This document shows positions 1 to 12,454 of a DNA stretch of 64,000 nucleotides, piece after piece; position 1 is the stretch's first letter; every line of letters starts with the position of its first letter. The DNA is taken from positions 24,738 through 88,737 of the forward strand of contig QPMI01000265.1 of NCBI GenBank assembly GCA_004431415.1, given 5' to 3'. The notes beneath the pieces are model-generated. The model saw only the letters and a list, made by a program, of their open reading frames with translations, ran no database searches and had not been told where the DNA came from. This DNA is from Cyanophora paradoxa CCMP329 (lineage: Eukaryota > Plantae > Glaucophyta). The translations under genes and the position numbers were made by a program.

Positions 1-1445
1 GGGTTCAAACATCACACGTAGGGCGCGCGCGTACGAACCTCCTCTGAGTAGACGCTGACGACGCCGGCAGACGAGACGGCCACGTACGGGAGAAGCGGCG
101 ACCATCCAAGCGCAGCTTCAGGCGCGGAGCAAGTAATGTCAGAGCTGTCAGCGGACTGCGGCAGGCACGCGCACCAGTTTCGCCGCGCGTCGGCGCAGCG
201 AGACGTTCAAATTGGAAGTATGAGCTCATAGCTGTTCAGCAACCGGCTTTAGCTACGTTAGCTACTGAGCTGCTCCGTGCGGCGTGCTCATGAACAGTTT
301 GCCTCAAGAAGATCTTGGCACGCCAAGCTGAGTCTGCCCTCACCGAAGACAGCTGTTTCTGTGAGAGTGTACCCCCTGTTTGCCTGTCGGTAGGGACGGT
401 GCTTGCAAGGAAGCAGCTTGCGTTCAAGGTGCATTTTCGGGTGTTTAAGCGAAGCTTGTCAAGCTGGCAAGGTGCTCAAGGCAAGGCGCAAGCTGCTGCC
501 ATACAAAAGTTTTGTATGGGAGCGGCATATATGCATGGTATACGTATCATATATAGTATATACGTATACGTCACGGCGTAGCCCCCCCCTGTCCGGCTGT
601 GCACGTGTATTGGTGGAAACTTTTGTAAAAGTTCGGGGCTCATGCACATTGATAACACTGGCATACTAGCGCTGCGGACAACGCGAGCTAGAAGCGGCGC
701 CGGCGGTGCTACGTATATACCTACGGGGGCGAGAAGCCGCGAACGACGCAGGCAGGGCCCTCTGAAGGGGGGCCGGCGGGCGTGCACTCCCCCTGGGGTT
801 CCTGAAGGGGGGCGTGCACTCCCCCTAGGCCTAGGCCCTGGGGTTCCCCCTGTAGGTGTCCACTCTGTACGGGGCTCATGCGCACATGCACTGGCCCGGA
901 ATTCGAAATACATGTTCCGAATTCGAAGTTCTAGCTAGCACTAGCACTAGAGCCCGTGGATTGCTCGCGAACACTGCTAGTCCGAACAGCTACTGGTCTA
1001 GTTCAGATAACGCGTGTGTGTATCTGAAATGCAGCAGTGCGTGCGTGTGTGCGTATACACGCGTACGCGTTCCTACGCACACGGATTGGACCAACGGCGC
1101 GCTCTAAGAAGCACGCATGCGCAGGAACAGTGACTGAGCCTAGTGAGTGCGGCCGAGTGACCGAGCCTAGTGAGTGCGGCCGCGGGCCATCGCGATCGAT
1201 ATATCGGATTCGGATCCGAATCAGGCCGCTCGAGCTCGAATTTTACCCCATTACTTTTATTTCGATCTGAACCTAGGCCTCGACCTTGGCCCTGCGGGGC
1301 TGGAGCGTTACTCCCCTTACGACCTTCGGAGAGAATGGCTGGGCCAGCAATGGCGAGGGCCGCACCTTCCTATTTGTAGCCCAGACAGGCGTAGGTCACA
1401 GATGCAGCTAGCTAGCCGCTAGCTTGCGTGTCTACGCTGAACGTT
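1..1445. repeat. Degenerate repeat/MITE-derived region rich in short palindromes; ends in the family terminus ...GTGTCTACGCTGAAC
   Basis: 949-1002 matches 6649-6702. 1398-1443 matches 9992-10037. The reverse complement of 1300-1445 resembles the repeat start at 5543 and 24483 (GGGCTACAA, TAAGGRGAGTAA). No credible coding sequence. Confidence 0.7.
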
Positions 1446-1447
1446 TT

Positions 1448-2755
1448 CTACGAACTACACAGGGACTCCAGGGCGAACTCCTGGTGCTCGAGTGACTCCT
1501 GAAGCTGGGTGTACTCGTCCACCAGGGCACGGAATTCGGACCCGATGCCCTCAAACTGAGAAAGTCTTTGCGAGGCCCCCTCATGGGCATCCCTGGCACG
1601 CTGAAGACGCTCATTGAGAAGAGTGCTGAGGAAATGAGGGGGAAGAAAAGAATTATTCAAAGAAGGACAAGCGATTAGCTGCACAGCTGCACACCGGATG
1701 CGTCGAAGGGCAGGGACAGTCTCCTTTGTGTAGGTGTCCACTCTGTACTGGTTCTTGACAACTCTGCGATAATTATCGTCTTGTTGAAGGCAATAGGCAG
1801 TTTTGAAAATTTAAAAGCAGCACGCACGTAAGCTTCAAGGCTGTGATATCGCACTTCGCCTCTAGGAGCCGCAATTCAAGATCCTCATGCTTCGGCCAGC
1901 TCTGAACCCGAAGAATCATGCCGACGTTCAGAAGGCATTCCAGCGTGGCTTCATCAGCTGCTCTAAGCCGGGCTCGTTCGGCCTGCCGGGCTTCATGCAC
2001 TTTTCGAAGACGGGTTCTCTCAGCATCCCGCCTTCTTTTTAATGCCAGCGCCATTGCACTAAGCTGCTGACCCAGATCTCCACCGCGCACCGATGCACTT
2101 TGAAACGTGCCTTCAATTTTGGGGAGAGCAATGAGCGATGGGCATATGAAATAACAACTCCAGATCCGATACCTGGAAGTGAGCTGTCCTCGAGGAAACT
2201 CAGAGCACTTTCACTCGTTGCTTTTAGAAGTGCACAAACTGATTTCGTAATGATAGCGCATCCTGCATCCAGATCCTGCGGGCGACTATATTCAGCTGGA
2301 TCATAACTATCGGAGTTGCATGTGCCACGCACTTTGCCCTGCAAAGCTGTCCTCATGTGGAGCTGCTCTAGAAAAGCACGTTCGACCCCGAGAACAGTCA
2401 CAGTCTGCCCGCTGTCCGCCGGCGCATCTGCATTTCTAGTCTCCGAACAGCGGCAGCGCGAGCACTGGGGCCGCAGACCGACAGGCAGGGGCAGCTCAAG
2501 CTGACTGATCGCCGAGACCACAGTGAGAAGCTTCCCAAACGAGTGCAACGCCTGCCCCGACGTCGTCAGTGTGCGACGGAGGACTGCCGTCGCAACCAGC
2601 ACCTGCGTCTGCGCCCGGCCCTTGACGGCGCGCTCAGAGCTCTCGTCACCTCTGGCCTCGACCAGCGCTTCTTTGATGAATTCGAGGAGGACAGCGGCCT
2701 CCAGGAAACGCACACGTGAGCGGCGCTCGGCTTCCAGAGCGCCCGCCAGCTCCAT
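1448..2755 (-). CDS. HAUS4: HAUS augmin-like complex subunit 4 (spliced)
   Basis: C-terminus DTYTKETVPALRRIR...FRALVDEYTQLQESLEHQEFALESL matches the HAUS4/AUG4 C-terminal pattern. GT-AG introns interrupt the ORFs. Confidence 0.8.
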
Positions 2756-3104
2756 GGGCGTGCACGTCTAGATGCAGAAAGCAGTATCTCTGCCCTTCTG
2801 AGCGCTTCTGAAGCGCCGTTTGGAATAAGCTGAAGCGCGCCGGGGCGCTGGACCGAACGCCAAACTACACTTCTCCACCTAGTACCCCTGTCCAGAATTC
2901 GAATTCGGCGGGAGCGCACCAGTCCCTACAGCCCGTCCCTGCGCCGCGCGCGCTCTAGTCTGGGGAGGCGCATATCGTTAGGCGCATCGGCCAGCGCCGC
3001 GACGCAGTTCGTTAGCCGGATCGGCCAGCGCCGCGAAGATCAGCGGGCCGGCCGGCACAGCGCGGAAGTTCCCGCCATTCCTCCTCCAGCCCAAGCGATC
3101 CGAA

Positions 3105-5523
3105 ATGTCTTCGGAAGGGGACTTGATTGCCGAGTGTCGCCGTAAGCTCGGCCTGGAGCTATCGCCGGACTCGGAGCTGCTGACAGCGTGTACGTCGTTC
3201 CAGGCACTTAGCCAGCCGCCCATCACTTGATCTAAAACCCCCGTCGCAGGCGCGAAGGTCTGCCGCGCGGTTGGTATCGGGGCACGGCAGCTAGCGATGG
3301 AGCTCGAGACTTACTCCATGAACAATCTGGGTGGAGACAACAACAAATTGGCGGCGAAGCACGTGGATGCACTTCGCTCAGCACTGGAGAGCAAGGCCAA
3401 AAGCAAATCGCTGCCCGCAACCACCACGCGGCCAGTGCGTTCAGGCTTGTGCATGCTTACGCGTGCTGCATGTTGATTGCACTCGCCAGGCGAAACTGTC
3501 TCGTCCCAGTTCCGATGTTTCTCAGAGTCCAGAACAGGAAGAGCGGCCAGCTAAGCGTTTCGCACCCGTCAGCCCTGAGCAGCCTTCCCGGGCTGCGGTG
3601 GAATCATCCAGCGTTACTCGGTGCACAAAATTGCTCAATCGTAACTGTCCGCCCAGACACCCTCTGAACGTGTACGCATAGTGAGGCCCTGGTTGACACC
3701 TTCAAGGAGCGCAAGAAGGGCGTTGTTGTCGTCAAACTCCATGAACACCTCTCAGAGAACCTAAAGGACGACAGCAATGCCTCGTTTGAGGTTATCCCTT
3801 CTTTTCTTCGTGACTTGGTCTATCTCGCGTTGACTAGCAAGTTTTGCAGGTGAACACACTTGGGGTTCAACTGGAGGCTTGCCCGAAGTTCATGTTCGAG
3901 CCCCCGGTGGACCGTGTCAACAGTGAGCTGCAGCTGTTGTATGCATGATTTTTAATGTTTTGCGAACTGAAATTCGCTTGCAGAGCTTCAACAGCGCCTG
4001 ATGTCCGTTTCACAAATGCTAATAGAGAACGCTCGCTCTGGCGATGGCGATGAACAGAAAAGTGTGGAGGCTCTTGACAAACCTGTTCAAGATGCCGTGC
4101 TAGTGCGTGGCAGGATCGCGTGCGACGGAGAAGGTCGCCCTACTGCACAGTCCTTGCTTTTGCAAGATAAAATCGCTTCTGTGCCCCTCGATGTTTCAGC
4201 AGTACCAGCATTCGCCTTGTTTCCTGGACAAGTGGTGGTCGTGGAGGGCATCAATCCAACAGGTCGCAAGATTTACGCATCCAAAATCCATAATGTGCTT
4301 TTTCTCGCGTTCTCGGCAAGAATTTTGTCTTGACGAAATGCAGGACTGTGGTCTTCAGAATGACGAGGACGCCAAGGTGGAACTGCAGCATGGTATTCGA
4401 GTGGTTGCTGCAGCTGGTCCATTTACGACTTCTGCAAACGAGGAGTATGATCCTTTGTTCGAGCTGCTTGAGACAGCCCGCGAGTTTAAGCCCCACGTGC
4501 TTTTGCTGGTTTGCTGATTTGTCTTGACTTTGACGAAGTACCCAATATTAATCAGACCCGTCATGTGATTTCAGATGGGTCCTTTCATTGACGTTCAGCA
4601 TCCAAGTGTCCGGGACTCTACCTTGGAGTTGTCTTTTGCTGACCTCTTCCAGCAGGTGTGTTGAGCTAACCGTGTGCACTTTTGGACGAACTTTATTGCT
4701 CAAGCTGTATGCCAGAATGTTGCCGACAAGCTGGAGAAATTCGTCTCCAGGGCCCCGGAATATACACGTGTCTTCATCATGCCTTCCACTCGGGATGCCT
4801 TGCACCCCTTCCCTTTCCCGCAGCCTCCCCTGGATAAGGAAAATTTGTCTCTCTCCATCCCTTCCTCGGTACACAGATACCATTTTTAAATGCTTGTGGG
4901 AGACTTGACTCTTACTCAGGTCACGTGCATCCCCAATCCGTGCACCCTGGAAATCGCTGGCACAAAACTCTGCATTGGTGCATGTTCGCAAGATGTCATC
5001 TTTGCCTTGAATCGGGAGGAGCTCGCAGTGTAAGTGATCGATAACATTCCAATGCTCACATTAACTTCTTTATTTCCCTGCCTAGTGCCGGTGATGGCAT
5101 TCCTGCGGACAAACTGGGCCGCCTGGCAAAACATCTGGTTGCCCAAAGAAGGTGCCACCAACAATTAGTGGGAGACAATGAGCTCTAACGAGGGGATCAC
5201 AGCTACTTCCCACTGCACCCTGGGCCTCCTGACACTGCTGTGAACGTGGCTCGGAGTGAAATGTACTCGATGCCACGAACCCCGAATATTTTAATTCTTC
5301 CCTCCGACCTTGCGCATTTTGCCAAGGTCTGGTCCTCTCCTGTCTCCAGATGATGGACTCCGACTGATCGCCTCTGCAGCGCATCAATGACAGCACTGTG
5401 TGCTTGAATCCAGGCCGTTTGGCGAAGGGCACAGGTGGCGGGACCTTTGCCAAGATCGTTGTGCATCCGACAAAAGATGCACCAATAGCTGACAGTGTTA
5501 GAGTTGACGTGGTTCGAGTGTGA
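3105..5523 (+). CDS. POLA2: DNA polymerase alpha subunit B (spliced)
   Basis: Motifs VRGRIACDGEG, FALFPGQVVVVEGINPTG, VVAAAGPFT, MGPFID, ILILPSDLAHFAK and CLNPGRLAKGTGGGTFA. ATG at 3105 is inferred; TGA at 5521-5523. Confidence 0.93.
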
Positions 5524-5539
5524 TGAGGGTTGACCTTCA

Positions 5540-6733
5540 TTTCGCATTTGGACACGCACTAAAACTCAGGTCCGGGCTACAAGTGTGGGAATGTACACTG
5601 CGGCGGCCGCGGCCGCGGGCCCAGCTGCAGCCCACCAGCGAACTGGTCGGCCGAGCCCTGCGTGGCCCCCTAAGGAGAGTAATGCGCCTCCCCGCGGACA
5701 CTCTGGCTAGCTATAGCTGCATGTGCCCGCGCGGCGTGGTGCTGCATGGCGTCTTGTGGCGGCGGGGGTCGTCTCGGGGTGGTGGCAGGGGGGGCGCCCC
5801 TACGGGCCAGGGGGGCCCTGGGGGGGCCGACATGGAGTAACTGAGTCAGCCTGCGGACGGGTGGCCAAAAAGGGGGTCAGATCGAAATCGAAAACTATTG
5901 ACATCCAAATCAAAGCAAACGGGGCCGGGGCGCACTCGATCGACGAGCCTCGATCGATCGACGAAAGCAAACGGGGGCGCACTCGAGATAGACGTCCTAA
6001 TCGTAATTATAATCGCAATTTAATCGCACTGCGGCAGATCAAGGACGTCCTATAGCTAATCGTAATCGCAATCGCCGATCAAGGACGCCCTAATCGTAAT
6101 CGCAGATCATCGGATCAAAGCTAAGACGCCCTAATCGTAATCAAAAACATCCGATCCTAATCGTTATCGCAATCGCAGATATCGACCAAGGACGCCCTAA
6201 TGGTAATCGCAGATCAAGGATGCCCGACCCAAGCTCAGTCATCCAACCCCCAATCGTAATCGCAGATCAAAGGCCAACTTTCGTCCATCTGCAGTGTACG
6301 TATACATTCCCACACTTAGCTTGTAGCCCTGACTTGCGTTTCTAGTACGTGTTGATATCCTGGGGCCGGGATTGGGCAAGACTCATAGCATATAGCTATA
6401 GTGCTAACCAGCCGGTGGCCAGCTGCAGCCAGGGGGGGCTACCACCCAGAAGGGGTACAGAAACAGGGGAAATTGGCTACGGAATTCGAAGGGTCATCCC
6501 GGGTGTAAATCATGTGAATTTGGGCCTCAAAAGAGTGTCACTGAGTCAAGTTGACGTTCAGGTGACTGCAAGCATGTTTCGACCCCTTAGATTCGATTAC
6601 GACCCCTCGGTTTCGATTTCGATCTCGACATCGAGTTGCCTATCCGAGAGAGCCCATGGATTGCTCAACGAACACTGCTAGTCCGAACAGCTACTGGTCT
6701 AGTCTGAAATGCACCACGTGTCTATGCTGAACT
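5540..6733. mobile_element. Non-autonomous TIR element (MITE-like) filling the POLA2/SQS convergent intergenic space
   Basis: 5543-5860 is homologous to 24483-24795. 5550-5601 recurs inverted at about 6291-6350. The right end at 6716-6733 is a degenerate inverted copy of the left end. No TSD resolved. Confidence 0.65.
5990..6273 (+). repeat. Minisatellite, consensus about GATCAAGGACGCCCTAATCGTAATCGCA, roughly 7-8 degenerate copies
   Basis: Tandem units directly visible; no unique spacers. Confidence 0.85.
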
Positions 6734-6735
6734 TA

Positions 6736-9285
6736 CTAGAACCTGGACTGATAGCGGTCGATGAGCGAGGCTGACACGTACAGAACTGGAGGAAGAAGGG
6801 CAATGTTCGCAGTTGGGTCCAGCGTGTCCAAACGCGAATACATGTAGAAACTGCACGCTGCAAGGGCAGCCCCGAAGACTGCAGTCCCCAGCCACGAAAC
6901 AGGCTTTGTAGACTTGGGTATCAATGCTTCAGCATCCTTGATTGATTGCACAGTCCTGGCATATGAAGTGAGACAGACGGATTGTCTCATATGTTTGCAT
7001 CTCTTACCACGGAAGAACAGTTGTGTTCGCAGCAGACCGTGTCTCTGTGCGGAGAGACTTCAGGAAGAACGCAAACCAGCGATACACAGCATCCATATCA
7101 TTGCAATCCAAGATGATCTGTGCAGATGTCCCATTAAAACAGATCAACTAGACGATGTGATTACAAACCTTTACACTCAGGCCGCGCCGAAGCTTTACAA
7201 CACCCGTAAAGACATTAGGGTTGTTGTAGATTGCTGCAAGAGTGGCAATCGCCATTATCTGGGGAATCGCACAGAACTTGAACACATTCTGCAGAAAAGC
7301 ATGATGAGTGTGCACATGCCCTAGTGGACAGATTGCGCTTACAGGATCCTTGAGGCCTCGCAAGTACTCAAAGCAGTCAGGGATGTGACGAAGTGCGTCA
7401 GTGATGAGGTGGTTGAGGCACTCGAGGCCCTTTTGACCCAAGAAAAAAAGTTGAGATGCGCAGATGTCGGATTAAAGATAAGACCACCTTGCTCAAATTC
7501 TCCTTCTTGGAAAAAGCAGCAATCTCAGGTGCATACTGGGCCCTGGTACATGCATTCAGAGCGATGCAAAACAAGGCTTTGATGTACGCACCACACTTCC
7601 TTTGGCCAGAAGATCCGTTTGTCAAGCAGATCTGCAGAAATTGAAGTTAATGTCTCTGTGCTCGAAGCACGACGGGGCAGGATAATTAGAGCGAACCTTC
7701 CAGATAATCTCTGATGATGTTCACCTTCTGCAGGAAAAGCCCCATACTGTTCGACAGCTTATCCTTCGAAGCGTAAGATTTATCTAAGATAAAAGGTTCA
7801 TGTGAGAGCAAGTACTTGCGACAAAAAAGCAGCAGAACCTTCGATTCCAGAAGCAGCAAACATCTTCGAGAGACCTATTCCCACGAGGCCCGCCACATAG
7901 TGACAGTAGAGATTATAGTCTTCCAAAGAGTCGACCGTCTTCTCCACAAAGTCTGCCATGCCATTTCCCATTCTATTCGTGATATCTTTGATTACCTGTT
8001 CGCCCAATTAGAACGGAGAATTTCGCAGAAAAAGCAAAACGCGCGAATTGCCTCCTGGTATCTGAGGAGGGCTTAGCTCTGGTGTCACCAATAGTGCAGA
8101 ATATAAGCTGTGGAACGCACGCAGGCTTCAGCTTGCGGAAAACCTCCTGGACGCGATCGAAGTTCTGAAGCAGTTCTAGCTCCTTTCCCTTTCCAGCATC
8201 TTTAAAAGCGCAGATGATAAGCTTTCAATGTAGCTTCGCACGTGTGCAAATTTGCAGACCTCCTGCTTTCCAGCTCACTTCTCCGAGGTGATTGTGGAAA
8301 TCTCGGAGGCGTGCGACGCGTGTGGCCTTTGGAATTGTTGTGTCGTCCTCTGAGGCGAAATTCAAGTCTGTGCGGAGCAAGGGGCCAGGAAGGCAAACCG
8401 ACAGTGTCCAAGGCACGGAGAACCAGATAGAAGATGCAAACCTGCTCTCATGTCAGCGGCTTGCCGGAAAATTCAGTTCGTGCTACACACAGGATCACGG
8501 AGCTCATCACCAAGTTGTTGGATGACCACCTGCCAGATGGCGATAAGAAAACATACCGCCCAGATGACGAATTTCACGCAGCGTACCGCAAAAGAACGAC
8601 TGACAGCAACAAGCATGCGGTAGCTGTACTTCCATGCTGAGAATTCATGAACGGTACGCTGGTAGCAATTCGAGAAACTGGAATGCACCTGGGTCAGGGT
8701 GATCGGTAGTTACTGCCTGCGAAAAAAAAGTTAGGCGCTACTGCTTTCTGCAGCTGCCTGGGCTATCAAGAAGATACTATCAGCCGCCAGCCGGAAGGTT
8801 ACAAGTGTTCTAAAACCGGTGTTGGGGTGACAACGGGCAGGGACAACACACGTTGTGCCTGGTTTACTTTAAATCGGAGCCCCGATCTATTTGCGCATGT
8901 AATACGGATGCAAAGAGCGCCTACCGACACGCCCTTCAGCGCCGAGGACGACTGAAGCCTGTATCGCGGACTCGTCAGCGACGCTCAGCAATCTGAACTA
9001 GCGGGCGTGTGAAGCACGTCGGGTCGATGTCCGATCACATAAAGATTTCTTAGCGCGCGTATAGCTACACTAGCTAAGCCGCGGAACGGCGCGAACGCAC
9101 TTGTACCGAACCAACGACAGAACCTAGGGTGCAGCGGTCAGGCAGCGCGGCGCGAAACCGGCGCGCAAGTGAGTACCTCGTCCGGGCGGGAGAAGCTCTG
9201 CGCCGAAGGTGGCGTTCAGTGAATTTGCCGCGAGCTCAGCGAAGGGCAGCTGCACCTTGGCGAAGGCGCGCGCGATTTCCCCCAT
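6736..9285 (-). CDS. SQS: Squalene synthase (spliced)
   Basis: Spliced translation [25 protein letters not shown]...VSRSFAVVIQQL...[60 protein letters not shown], plus a C-terminal TM helix. Confidence 0.96.
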
Positions 9286-9529
9286 GATGATGGAGGTATG
9301 ACTAGCGCCCGGAGGTATGACAATCTACGTCCGCTCTTCTGCTTGGCCGTTAACCTTTGGTGCGCGGGCGATGTGATCGTGCGCAAATTAAACGCACTGG
9401 ACGCTCGCGGCGCTCGCCGCTTCTCCTCTCGCTTGAGCTTGAACGTCGACCGTACGTATACCCCTGATTGGCCGGTTCCAGCTAAGTACCCCCCCCCCCG
9501 TTCCGGCTAAGACGAGGAACCGGCCCACG

Positions 9530-10037
9530 AATGACAGCTAGCGCTGCAGGTATTTCAAGAGCACGTGCGGCACGGATCAAGATCAAGCTTAAGGTTGCCG
9601 GCCAACCAGCTGCAAATCTAAATCAAAGTCGAAGTTCAACCCCGCCCAACCCCGCCCAACGTTTACCCCAATAACCAACTTTGGCAATGCCCCAAAGTCA
9701 AAGTTCAACCCCGCGCTGTGCTGCAATTTGAATTGCAAGCGCTAGAAGGGGTATAGCTAAGAAAGAAATAGCTAAGCGAAGGGCCGGGAGAGATAGCAAA
9801 AGCTACCAGCAACGGCAATTGCAAGGGTTGCACCCTCCTGCGTGCATGTAGCCAGACACCTCACAGGGGTCCCCACCCACACAAACCAGTGGACAGGGAG
9901 CGGTGGATTCTCCAGAGCAGACTGGCAGGTTTGCTTGACATTTGGGGGGGTGTTTGTTTTCTAGTTCCTTGTTTGGATTTGGAGCTCCGCCACAGATGCA
10001 GCTACCTAGCCACTAGCTTGCGTTTCTACGCTGAACG
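9530..10037. repeat. Repeat-family fragment ending in the shared terminus ...TTTCTACGCTGAAC
   Basis: 9992-10037 is near-identical to 1398-1443. Internal duplications of AAGTTCAACCCCGC. Left boundary uncertain. Confidence 0.55.
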
Positions 10038-10204
10038 CAGTTCAGTTCAAGCAAATCAAAATCAAAAGACGAAGTCCAACGTTAAACCCTTCCAACCCCA
10101 GCCCCTTGTCGTCTAGGGACGTTCGCAAGGGGCCCGAACTTGATGCGCATGGACTGCTTTCCTTTCGAATGACTCCTCCCACACAACAGGAAGGGAAAAC
10201 TCCC

Positions 10205-12454
10205 TCACTTTGGGCCGGGGAGAAGGGACGCTGGCTCCTTCTTGATCTGGGAAAACTGTGCACTCCCTCCTGTTAGAGCCTTGAAAGGCAAACACCATCG
10301 ATATCAGCACCAGGGTGTGCACCGTGCCAGAGCTGGAGAAATATTTGCCACCATCCTTCTTTCCGGCAGGCTGGGCGTTGGGGTTCACTAGTTCCAGACC
10401 CTGGACCGGCGTGAAAACGATTGAAGACGAGATGCCACTCGTCAAGCCTGAGCTCCCTGTCGGCCGCTGCTTGATGAGCTTCATCTTTGCTGCGCAACAG
10501 GATATATGTTGAGACTTGTTGAATGCCGGGATGTGGCACGAGAGGCGGACCCTTGGTCATGATCTTCTGGTCCTTCGGTGTGATGCGCAGTTTTCCTGAG
10601 CCCTCGACGCCAAGGAGGCCAAAGCCCCTTCCGGTGGCTTGATACTCCTCCTCCGCCTTGCCGAATGCAATGCGGTTTGCCGCCTTGCGCACTTCCGACA
10701 TCACGTACCGCTCTTTCATCCGCCGCACCCTACCAGGTGCACGGAGGGCGGATTTAGCAGGATCATAGCACAAACAGGACATAACGAACGCACCGCTTGC
10801 CGGCACGTTTCGTTCGCGGCTTGGAGTCCGGCGCCGGGAGGGGCTTCGGTGCCCGCGGAGGGGGTGGCTCCTGGAGCTTCTCCAGGCGCTTTGTGATGTC
10901 GGCAAGGAACTTCTTCCCAACTGAGCCTGCAGAAAAAATCAATGCGCAGAATGAAGGGCACGCACGGGGAGGCCAACCATCTGGTGCCTCATGGAAGCTG
11001 TCGATGCGGGCGGCGAGTGTGAGCCTGCACAGGCAACTGAGGTCACCACGGACAAGCCCCACAGATAAACAAAAATAAATCTGCTGACTTGGCGGCAATG
11101 ACACGCTGTGCCTTGACACGGAGTGAGGGCGGCGTGTTCTGCACGATGTCTGCAGTGTAGATGAACCCTGCGTGTGGAAGGGCGCTGGCCGTCGACATCC
11201 CCGCAAGGTTCTTCTTTCGCTTTCCAAGCACCTGCGCATCCCCACACCAGTCAGCCACCCGCTCGCTGCAGTTCGCGACATGCCGTTTGCGAACCTGCAC
11301 GTTGCAGCCCGGGATCTTGGAGAGAGCCACAAGGCCTCCAGCAGCAGCGACAATCTTTGCGGCGATGGAGCTGCCCACGATAGCGCTAACGTTTGGCGCA
11401 ATGAAGGACATACGGCTCTCGACGTAGTCGATGATCTGCGCCGAGCTCGAACACTCTAAACGCCTAAAGGGGCCCCCGCAGCACCTTCTTCTTGCACGCG
11501 TCGAGCTCAAGAATCTCGGTGCAACCCTGCATGACGTTCGCGAGCTGCGCATCGTCCAGCGGTGTGCCCGACGTGGTCGACCCCGTCACAGAGACGACCA
11601 TAATAGTGGCGGAGGGCAGTATTCCCGTCAAGTCTATGAGCGTCATATCCTGAGACGCACGGCGTCAGTGGCTGCTACGTGCAGTGGCTGCTACGTGCAG
11701 TGCTGGGTGGTGGTGCACCATCTCATTGCCGATGGTGCGGACGACGCGGGCGTAGTCCAGAGGGTTCAACACGAGGGACTCCAGCTCCGGAAATTTGTGC
11801 GCGTACAGATCCCGCACGTACTTGTGGAGAACAGCAACCTCGTTTTCGATTTCAATCGACAGCTGCGATGCCCGCGTTAGGAGGCTTGCATCTTAAAGCC
11901 TAGCGCGTGACGCCGCGCCTGGTTGGACTCCACGATGAGCTGGTATTCGGGATCCTCTTCTATGGGGCCAACGACCCCGTCTGAGCGTGGGTTTTGCATC
12001 AGCTCTGTAATTTTCTGCGCGTGCGATCAACAAAAGCGCTTCCACGGTCATTACAGCGTTCGCATTTCACCTCCAGGTGCTTCTTCATGCGCTTGCTGTT
12101 CCGGATCTTCGCTATATTCGCGAAGGCAGCGTTCTTCGCGGCTTCCTCGATGGCTTGCTCCCTGGATTTCTGCGGCAAGTTCAGGAAGTAGGTACGACGC
12201 GTTTCGGGCCAATACGCACCTCAATTTCCATCAGATCTTTGCTCTCCTCGTCCTGGGGCTCCTCCTTCACCTGCACCTCCTCGCCCGCCTCGCCGTTGTC
12301 ATCTAGCGCCGCATAAGCGCAAGTTGCGAACCAGCGCCCCGCGTCGACGCGCACCTTCGCCGGCCGACTCGTCGCCCTCCTGATCCTCTGCCTCCTCCGC
12401 GCCCGCGCCAACATCGTCCTCAAGGTCCTCGAGGAACGCGTCGGCGAGGGACAT
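10205..12454 (-). CDS. PRPF31: U4/U6 snRNP protein Prp31 (spliced)
   Basis: MSLADAFLEDL, YVESRMSFIAPNVSAIVGSSIAAK, KIPGCNVQVLG, LTLAARID, KLQEPPP..KPLPAPD, RKAANRIAFG, SGISSSIVFTPVQGLELVNP. Confidence 0.96.

Noticed and set aside
5990-6273. CRISPR-like array
   Set aside because: The units are contiguous and degenerate with no unique spacers; eukaryotic context with no cas genes
8700-9285. Novel N-terminal extension on squalene synthase
   Set aside because: Correct splicing gives a normal SQS N-terminus; the extra length is intronic
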